Position numbers and translations under genes: made by a program
The notes under the pieces: generated by a model
What the model was told of the DNA's origin: nothing
Databases searched by the model: none
Seen by the model: only the letters and a program-made list of their open reading frames with translations
Shown: piece after piece, positions 26,923-32,496 of the stretch
Numbering within the stretch: the stretch's first letter is position 1
Layout: every line of letters begins with the position of its first letter
Virus record (IMG/VR): IMGVR_UViG_3300048856_000017
Location: 1-32,496 of that record
Strand: one strand, 5' to 3'
Length of the DNA: 32,496 bases
DNA from: a virus
Lineage: Duplodnaviria > Caudoviricetes

Positions 26923-27221
26923 GCAGATGCTTCTAACTTATAGATCAATGGGTTACACGTTTTCTTATTACGTCGCTCATGTGTGAAAGTCCTATGCCGC
27001 TTGGCCCGTTCTTCTCTTATTACGTGGCTCTGTTCCGCAGGGAAAATGGATGGCCGCCAAGACTCGACACGTCCGCCGAACCGTCCTGAACCTTTTGCAC
27101 CTCGCTGCCTCTACAGTTTTGTTTACCGCCGAAGCTGCCGGCAGCAGGACCTAGGAGACATGAATGTCTAATGTCCGGCCTCCTGGCTGTGAATGCGAGC
27201 AGCAGATATCAGGGAGGCTTC

Positions 27222-27482
27222 ATGCCTATTAGTAGCGTCACCGCCATCAATCGAGTCAGGGCCCGCATCGGTGAGCTGCACACAGCATCCAGCCTGAGCC
27301 ATTGCGAGAAGCTGCACGCCGACGTGACCGGTTATTGTCGGGCGTTGCTTGACTGCGGTGTGATTGACGAGAACCAATGGCACCTGTTGACCCGTCTGGC
27401 CAATATTGAGCTGGCCGCGTGGATGCCGGCGTACAGACCAAGCGTCCGGTTGCCAGGGTGGACGGCCAAGGACTACGAATAA
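27222..27482 (+). CDS. Hypothetical protein
   Basis: GGGAGG RBS before ATG 27222 (alternative start 27171); followed by a terminator. Confidence 0.7.
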   Translation: MPISSVTAINRVRARIGELHTASSLSHCEKLHADVTGYCRALLDCGVIDENQWHLLTRLANIELAAWMPAYRPSVRLPGWTAKDYE

Positions 27483-27514
27483 CGCGCCCTATGTTCAATC
27501 GGCCCCCACAGCAG

Positions 27515-27537
27515 AGCCCGCCTAGGCGGGCTTTTTT
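27515..27537 (+). terminator. Rho-independent terminator
   Basis: AGCCCGCC-TA-GGCGGGCT followed by a T run. Confidence 0.85.
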
Positions 27538-27621
27538 GTGGCCACTGGCAGCCAGCCCCCTGTTTCTGGTCTACCATTTTCGCTGCTTATGGTGAGTCAT
27601 ACGAATGTCCCGGAGGACTGC

Positions 27622-27912
27622 GTGTCGTTACCCATCACCGCCCGGCAGTGGAACGCCCTGCGCGCACTGCAACGTGACCGGCCCGATTTGGGCGAACTGG
27701 CCGCCGCGATCGCGCTGGCCTTCGATGCCTCGATGATCGAGAACCCCGAGCTGGCCCGGACCATCCTGGAAGTGACGTGCCGACGGATCGTGTCAGGGGA
27801 ACCGTTTGCCCGGACCGCGTTGATCGATCATCTGGAACGTTTCCGAGAAATGGGATGTTTATCGCATGAGCAGGTCAACCAGTTTTCGGAGCAAGTCAGG
27901 AAGCTGGGTTGA
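27622..27912 (+). CDS. Hypothetical helical protein
   Basis: GGAGG RBS before GTG 27622; next gene starts 2 nt after its stop. Confidence 0.75.
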   Translation: MSLPITARQWNALRALQRDRPDLGELAAAIALAFDASMIENPELARTILEVTCRRIVSGEPFARTALIDHLERFREMGCLSHEQVNQFSEQVRKLG

Positions 27913-27914
27913 TC

Positions 27915-28175
27915 ATGCGTCAGGGTATTCAGGAAGACACGCTACGAGCCATGCTCGAAGCCAATGCGGTGCGCGAGGTGCTGGTCAGCCGGCACGACGA
28001 GAAATGGTCCTTGGCGATCCGTGTGGGCGGTGCCGGCAGCCGCTGGCTACCGGTACGCTCGCGCCGTGAGGCGCTGCGTACCTGGGCCAGCCTGACGGCG
28101 GTTGGACGCTTCGCTGAATCGGCAGGCATCAAGGCGTTCCAAGTGGAAGTCTCCGGCCGTTCGCTAGGTTTGTGA
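27915..28175 (+). CDS. Small protein resembling plasmid-associated 'ParC/partition C'-like family
   Basis: TLRAMLEANAVREV...W.L.IR.G...RS.R...R.W..L..V......GI..F.V pattern, recalled from small plasmid proteins; not verified. Confidence 0.6.
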   Translation: MRQGIQEDTLRAMLEANAVREVLVSRHDEKWSLAIRVGGAGSRWLPVRSRREALRTWASLTAVGRFAESAGIKAFQVEVSGRSLGL

Positions 28176-29312
28176 GGCGTTGACCAGCGGAACGCTGAGG
28201 TCGTAGATGTCCATCATCGCTTCGCCCCGGTGCCCGCTGGCTTGCTGCTTGTCGGCGCGGTTGCCGGCCGTGTCGGTGATGCCGCGGCGCTTGAGGTCAT
28301 GCAGGCCAAAGCGCTGCGTCGCGTCGATGGTGCCGTCCTCGATCGCCGAGGTGATGAACCGCTGCCAGGCGGTGTCCAGGCTGGACTTGCGCAAGGCCCC
28401 ACCGTGGCTGGCGACGATGAGGAAGCGCCGATCGGGGCGGATCGGGATGACCGTCGTTTGGCTGGCCCACACCTTGGCCCGATAGGCCTTGGCCCCTTCC
28501 CAGGCCGCCCGCAATCGCGGCGTCCAGCGCACGATATTGTCCCGACTGCCCTTGCGCCGATTGGTCATGATGCCTTCGGGCAGCTCGTGGGCGTCGGTCA
28601 GCGTGATCGTTTCGATGCCGCGCAGCCGACACAGGTAGGCGATCTCCATCACGTAGCTCAAATACTCCGGACAGCCGCCTTTTTCGTTCCGCGCCAGTCG
28701 ACCAAAGGCCTGGGCGCGGTCGACCAGGGCGTCCATCACCGGGTGACTGGGCAGACGGCGGCGCTTGCGTTCCACCGGGGCCTCGATGCCCAGGGCTGGG
28801 TTCACCTCAAGGAACCCCCGGTTACGGCCCCACTGCAGCACCCGCCGCAGGTAGCGCAACGCGTGCGCGGCTTTCGACGGGGTGCCTTCGTCCGCCAGGC
28901 GATCGACGATCCGCTGCACCAGGGCGGCGGTGAACTTCTTGACCGTCAGGTCGCCGAGCGGTTTACCCAGCCGGGTGGGAAGGCCCAGCAGCACGTCCCG
29001 TGAGTAGCAGTAGTCCGCCTGGGTCTTGGGGGCCAGTCGTTGATAGCGATCGCTGCGGTGAAATTGCGCGCACACATACCGCAAGGTGCCCCGGTCCACG
29101 CCCGAGGTGTGTTCCATGATCTGGTGCAGGTCGGCCAGGCTGACCTGGGCCGGAGCAACGTTGCGCCTGCGCTGTTTGCCGGTCTCGTCGTAGTGCAGCG
29201 TGTACCACACGCCGCTGCCGCGATGATCGAAATAAATGGCCGCTGGAAGCGCGGCCTGGTCGATATGGGCGGGGATGTGCGGATTGTGCTTCCGCTTCCG
29301 TGCTTTCCTCAT
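28164..29312 (-). CDS. int: Tyrosine recombinase (integrase)
   Basis: YLCRLRGIE (R), RRKGS (K), HDLKR, SGH, IY catalytic motifs; transcribed toward attP. Confidence 0.92.
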   Translation of the reverse strand: MRKARKRKHNPHIPAHIDQAALPAAIYFDHRGSGVWYTLHYDETGKQRRRNVAPAQVSLADLHQIMEHTSGVDRGTLRYVCAQFHRSDRYQRLAPKTQADYCYSRDVLLGLPTRLGKPLGDLTVKKFTAALVQRIVDRLADEGTPSKAAHALRYLRRVLQWGRNRGFLEVNPALGIEAPVERKRRRLPSHPVMDALVDRAQAFGRLARNEKGGCPEYLSYVMEIAYLCRLRGIETITLTDAHELPEGIMTNRRKGSRDNIVRWTPRLRAAWEGAKAYRAKVWASQTTVIPIRPDRRFLIVASHGGALRKSSLDTAWQRFITSAIEDGTIDATQRFGLHDLKRRGITDTAGNRADKQQASGHRGEAMMDIYDLSVPLVNASQT

Positions 29313-29521
29313 AGGATGTCAGCGTCGTACCGTTCGGCGGCGGCCGGCGTCATGCCAGCGGCCTGGTTGATCAGGTCCAGTGTCGTCCACGGCCCGGTGC
29401 GGCCACGGAACAGGCGAATGCCCTGGTCGAGCAGTGACCGTTCCACGTCTGACCGGCGTTGATAGCCGGTGATGCGCTGCAGGTCGGTGAACACCAGGAC
29501 ATGGTCCGATCGGGAATTCAT
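29309..29521 (-). CDS. Excisionase-like small DNA-binding protein (DUF4224-like)
   Basis: DLQRITGYQRRSDVERSLLDQGI winged-helix-like pattern; stop overlaps the int start. Confidence 0.7.
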   Translation of the reverse strand: MNSRSDHVLVFTDLQRITGYQRRSDVERSLLDQGIRLFRGRTGPWTTLDLINQAAGMTPAAAERYDADIL

Positions 29522-29546
29522 GGCTAGTCCTCTATCAAGTGGAGAA

Positions 29547-29575
29547 CCCCGGCCAGTCTAGCGCTGTGGCCGGGG
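29547..29575 (-). terminator. Hairpin upstream of xis-int (terminator or attenuator candidate)
   Basis: CCCCGGCCA-N11-TGGCCGGGG perfect 9-bp stem with only a weak U tail. Confidence 0.5.
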
Positions 29576-29602
29576 CAGGGTTATCAGAAGCTGTCGGCCG
29601 AA

Positions 29603-29890
29603 TTACTGGCCGTTTTCCTGGGCGCGGTGGCACGCGGTTGAACCTATTGGTCTGGCCAGCAACCGGGCGACGACGGCGGCGTCGCTGGCGGTCAGGTCGC
29701 CCAGCTGGTGCGCCATGGTCGTGACGGTTTCGAGGCGGATCCGCGCGTGCGGCGTTTTCTGGATCTGGTAATCGACCAGCGCGGTCCCTACGATGCCGAT
29801 GGCCATAAGGCGGCGCGCCGGCGCTGACGGCAAGTTGGCAGACGTTGTGGTAGCCTTCGCTTCGCTGCTGATATGGTGCTGTGCTCGCAT
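29603..29890 (-). CDS. Hypothetical early protein
   Basis: MRAQHHISSEAK...; fills the gap between the replicase and xis in the same orientation. Confidence 0.7.
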   Translation of the reverse strand: MRAQHHISSEAKATTTSANLPSAPARRLMAIGIVGTALVDYQIQKTPHARIRLETVTTMAHQLGDLTASDAAVVARLLARPIGSTACHRAQENGQ

Positions 29891-30032
29891 GGTGTTGCTG
29901 CTTCCAGTGGTTGGTGTCGGGGAGGGGCCACTCCTCGACATCCCTTTCTCATCCGGCATCAGCCGGGTTCGTTACGCTCGAAACCTTCCATGCCTGACCA
30001 TAATCAGGTGACGGTTGGCTTCTTCAATCAGC

Positions 30033-32496
30033 TCACCCCGCCTGGAACATCCAACACCGCACGGTTTTCGGCTTATCGGCGGCATCAGTTGCCCAGGCCG
30101 AACAGATGCTCCTGTTGGACTCAATAAACTTTGGGCACTTGCTGGTTTTCAGGTGGCGTTTGAGTTCAGTCAGGTCTGGCACTTTCTGACGGTGCTCCGC
30201 GGCTTCTTTGGCAAAGTCGTTGAGGTTCACCGCGATGAAGGCTTCATTGCGGGAGTGGTTCAGGCCGCCGGCGGTGCTGTTCAGGTACTCGTACAGCTCC
30301 CAGAACTCGACCACGATCGGGTGATCGGCATTGATCGCCAGCTGGCGTTCCTTGGCCATGTTCTGGATCTCGCTGTGGGCTGCTTCCACCTGATGTTTTT
30401 TCAGCGGCACAACGTGCGTCAGGGCATCAACGAGGGCATGCAGTTGCGCGTGGTTTTTGGCGATCCGCACGGTGCGGATTTCCGGCAGGGCGAGCAGCTG
30501 CTGTTCGTACTTCGGCCCTTTCTCCCGAACCGTCTCCATCACCATGCTTTCAGTCATCGTGGACTTGACCAGAAATCCGCTGACCCGGTCGACCGGCATG
30601 CGCTCAAGTTTCTCGACCAGCAATTTTGTCTGCGGGGTCTGACCTTCTTTTGTCATGGCGATGTGAACGATGCGCTGCAGGATGGGCTCGGAGGCGTTCA
30701 CCGCATGGTTTTGGCCGATGACCACTGCGCCTCGAAAAGGCGGTTCGCGTGTGTCGTTGCCGTTGTTCTTCACGCCGGTGGAGCGGACGCTGCGCCCGTT
30801 GTAAGCGGTCTTCAGTTCATCCCAGTCGTACTGTTTCGTCGGCCCACCATCGCTTTTTTCCCGTTCCGACTCGATCAGTACGACCGGCAGGTTGCCGACC
30901 TGGGCGAAGTTACGGGCCCGAGCGACTGGCGTGCCTTTGGTGGGGTCAAACCCTTCGTAATCGATACGGCCGCAGAGCTTCCACAGAAACTCGATCAGCG
31001 TGGACTTACCAGCGCCCGGCTCACCGATGATTTCCATGAAGGGATAGCTTTTCTGGTGCTGCCGGATCTGCTCGGCGAACAGCGAGCCAAACCAGAACGC
31101 GAGCGCGACCAGGCCTTTAGCGCCGAAGCACTCCCAGATGATATCCAGCCACTCGGTGTCGAACTTCTGCAGGTCCGTATTGAGGTTGAGGGTGACCGAC
31201 TGGCTGAGGGTCTTGATGCTCAGCCGCTCCATATCGAAGAAGTCTTCTTCGTTCAGCTTGAACACCTTGCCGTCGCGTACCGCCACGTCGCCATAGACAT
31301 AGGCACCGTGCTCACGGGTGTAACCGGTGAAGTCGATGGTCTGCACGGTCTTGAGGGCGTCGGTCTGTTCCTCAATGAAGGCGTCCAGTTGCTGAGTGGT
31401 ACCGGTAAACATCCCGCCTGGGGCAATACCGAGCAGGCGCTTTTTGAACTCGGCAGACGATGCGATCTGCGAGCTGGTAAAGGTGTTCTTGATCGGCGCT
31501 GCGTCGTGGGCAAACGTGATCCGGAAGTAATACCAGGATTCGTCGGTCAGTTTGTTTTCCTGGTAATACAGCGCTTTAGGATTGCAGGTCGCAATACGCT
31601 GCAGCGCGCCGCACTGTTGCATGGCCTTGGCTCGCATCTGCTTGTTGTTCAGCAGCTGGTCGTCGTGGTGCTCGCTGTCCTCAAGCTCTTGGATCGCCTT
31701 GTTGTACTTTTCCAGATCGAGCTTGAACCAGTACAGACGGTTGCCGAACTCCAAGTGGAATTCGCTCCGGCGCTTCCAGTCGAACATGACCAGAGCCTTC
31801 TCTGTAGCGTTCTCGGCGATCAGGAGCGCGCCGTGGTGCCGTGCGATGGCAATGTCCTTCTCCACTTGCGCATCACGCTTCTCGCCTTCGTCCAGGAACG
31901 CCCAGCGCTGATGCAGGTCGTTCCAGTCAACCTTGCGTGCATCGCGCTGGGGGATCTGGGCCGCCTCACACACGAAGCCCATTTCTCGCGCCTGGCGGAC
32001 CCAGCGCTTCGTGTAGGCATGCGCGCCTGGCTCGTTATCGAGTGCCCAGACCAGTCTCGGCAGCTTGCCTGCGCGCTGTGTCACCAGTGCTTTCAGCGAA
32101 TCTTCAGGAAAGGCGTTTGAGGACATCGCTGACACGGCGTCGATACCGTTGTGCACCAGGGCGATCGCATCGAAGATCCCTTCGACAATCCACAATTCCT
32201 TGACCTCCTGTAGGTCAACGGACGGCGGGCACCACCACACGCCCTTGTAGCTCTCGCCAGGCATGAACCGCGCTTTCATTTTTCCGAAGCGGGCGGGCCG
32301 GTCGATCAGCCGTTCCCAGTACCCTCCTTTGTCGAGGGCAAACCGGACCGTGGCACTGCCGGCGTTGTCTTTCGCGGAGTGGAACGACTCTTGGGTGAAC
32401 CAGCCGGAGATCAACTCCATTTTGAAGCTGCGAGCAAACTCCAGGTAAGCGCGAGCGGTGGCTGTCGGGGCGTTGTCGGATGCCGGCGCGAGCTTG
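30033..32496 (-). CDS. Primase-helicase replicase (TOPRIM + P-loop helicase + C-terminal domain), P4 alpha-like architecture
   Basis: TOPRIM WIVEGIFDAIAL and WALDNE; Walker A GEPGAGKST; VLIE Walker B; N-terminus lies at 357->128 across the junction. Confidence 0.93.
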   Translation of the reverse strand, partial: KLAPASDNAPTATARAYLEFARSFKMELISGWFTQESFHSAKDNAGSATVRFALDKGGYWERLIDRPARFGKMKARFMPGESYKGVWWCPPSVDLQEVKELWIVEGIFDAIALVHNGIDAVSAMSSNAFPEDSLKALVTQRAGKLPRLVWALDNEPGAHAYTKRWVRQAREMGFVCEAAQIPQRDARKVDWNDLHQRWAFLDEGEKRDAQVEKDIAIARHHGALLIAENATEKALVMFDWKRRSEFHLEFGNRLYWFKLDLEKYNKAIQELEDSEHHDDQLLNNKQMRAKAMQQCGALQRIATCNPKALYYQENKLTDESWYYFRITFAHDAAPIKNTFTSSQIASSAEFKKRLLGIAPGGMFTGTTQQLDAFIEEQTDALKTVQTIDFTGYTREHGAYVYGDVAVRDGKVFKLNEEDFFDMERLSIKTLSQSVTLNLNTDLQKFDTEWLDIIWECFGAKGLVALAFWFGSLFAEQIRQHQKSYPFMEIIGEPGAGKSTLIEFLWKLCGRIDYEGFDPTKGTPVARARNFAQVGNLPVVLIESEREKSDGGPTKQYDWDELKTAYNGRSVRSTGVKNNGNDTREPPFRGAVVIGQNHAVNASEPILQRIVHIAMTKEGQTPQTKLLVEKLERMPVDRVSGFLVKSTMTESMVMETVREKGPKYEQQLLALPEIRTVRIAKNHAQLHALVDALTHVVPLKKHQVEAAHSEIQNMAKERQLAINADHPIVVEFWELYEYLNSTAGGLNHSRNEAFIAVNLNDFAKEAAEHRQKVPDLTELKRHLKTSKCPKFIESNRSICSAWATDAADKPKTVRCWMFQAG

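Larger units (their letters stand above)
26808..27026. other. attP: core plus integrase arm-type repeats and IHF-like site
   Basis: CTTRTTACGT direct repeats at 26808, 26820, 26964 and 27016 flank the tRNA-identical core; GATCAATGGGTTA at 26943 approximates the IHF consensus. Confidence 0.85.
1..32496. mobile_element. Complete circular temperate phage genome (P2/HP1-like myovirus, probable Pseudomonas host), excised/attP form
   Basis: Full set of head, contractile tail, lysis, integration, immunity and replication genes; 127-bp terminal overlap; att core flanked on both sides by phage arm repeats. Confidence 0.95.

Noticed and set aside
28285-28305. Integrase HDLKR instead of HxxR as a sign of inactivation
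   Set aside because: Lys variants occur in tyrosine integrases, the other catalytic motifs are intact, and the attP form is consistent with activity.
30015-32120. 701-aa plus-strand ORF and other long antisense ORFs (2898-3920, 3889-5007, 6773-7876, 16139-17749)
   Set aside because: Shadow frames of high-GC genes with no motifs; they lie opposite well-supported genes.
32370-32496. 127-bp terminal direct repeat as a biological terminal repeat
   Set aside because: It falls in the middle of the replicase gene and equals a common assembler k-mer length, so it is a circularisation overlap.

Overview
The window is a complete, circularly assembled temperate myovirus genome of 32,369 bp; bases 1-127 are repeated exactly at 32370-32496. 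It has P2/HP1/K139-type morphogenesis genes and almost certainly infects Pseudomonas, since attP carries the 3' half of a Pseudomonas-type tRNA-Thr(TGT). Order on the map: the early operon on the minus strand (Cox/Ner-like gene, CII-like gene, two hypotheticals, a Zn-finger/TOPRIM/helicase replicase spanning the contig junction, a hypothetical, xis-like gene, tyrosine integrase); a divergent CI-like repressor plus a small gene; ogr, portal and terminase (minus strand); then head, tail, lysis and baseplate/fibre genes (plus strand). After these comes an accessory/cis-site region holding an AT-rich trypsin-like protease gene, a candidate cos, an iteron-rich candidate origin, intact attP and three small genes. 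The most unusual observations are: (i) a cargo serine protease whose C-terminus resembles the tRNA-binding GatB/Yqey domain; (ii) a stand-alone copy of the replicase C-terminal domain beside the candidate origin; (iii) a stand-alone copy of the repressor C-terminal domain directly behind cI; and (iv) an orphan HigA-like antitoxin inserted antisense into the head operon. All family calls come from motif recognition by eye; no database search was run.
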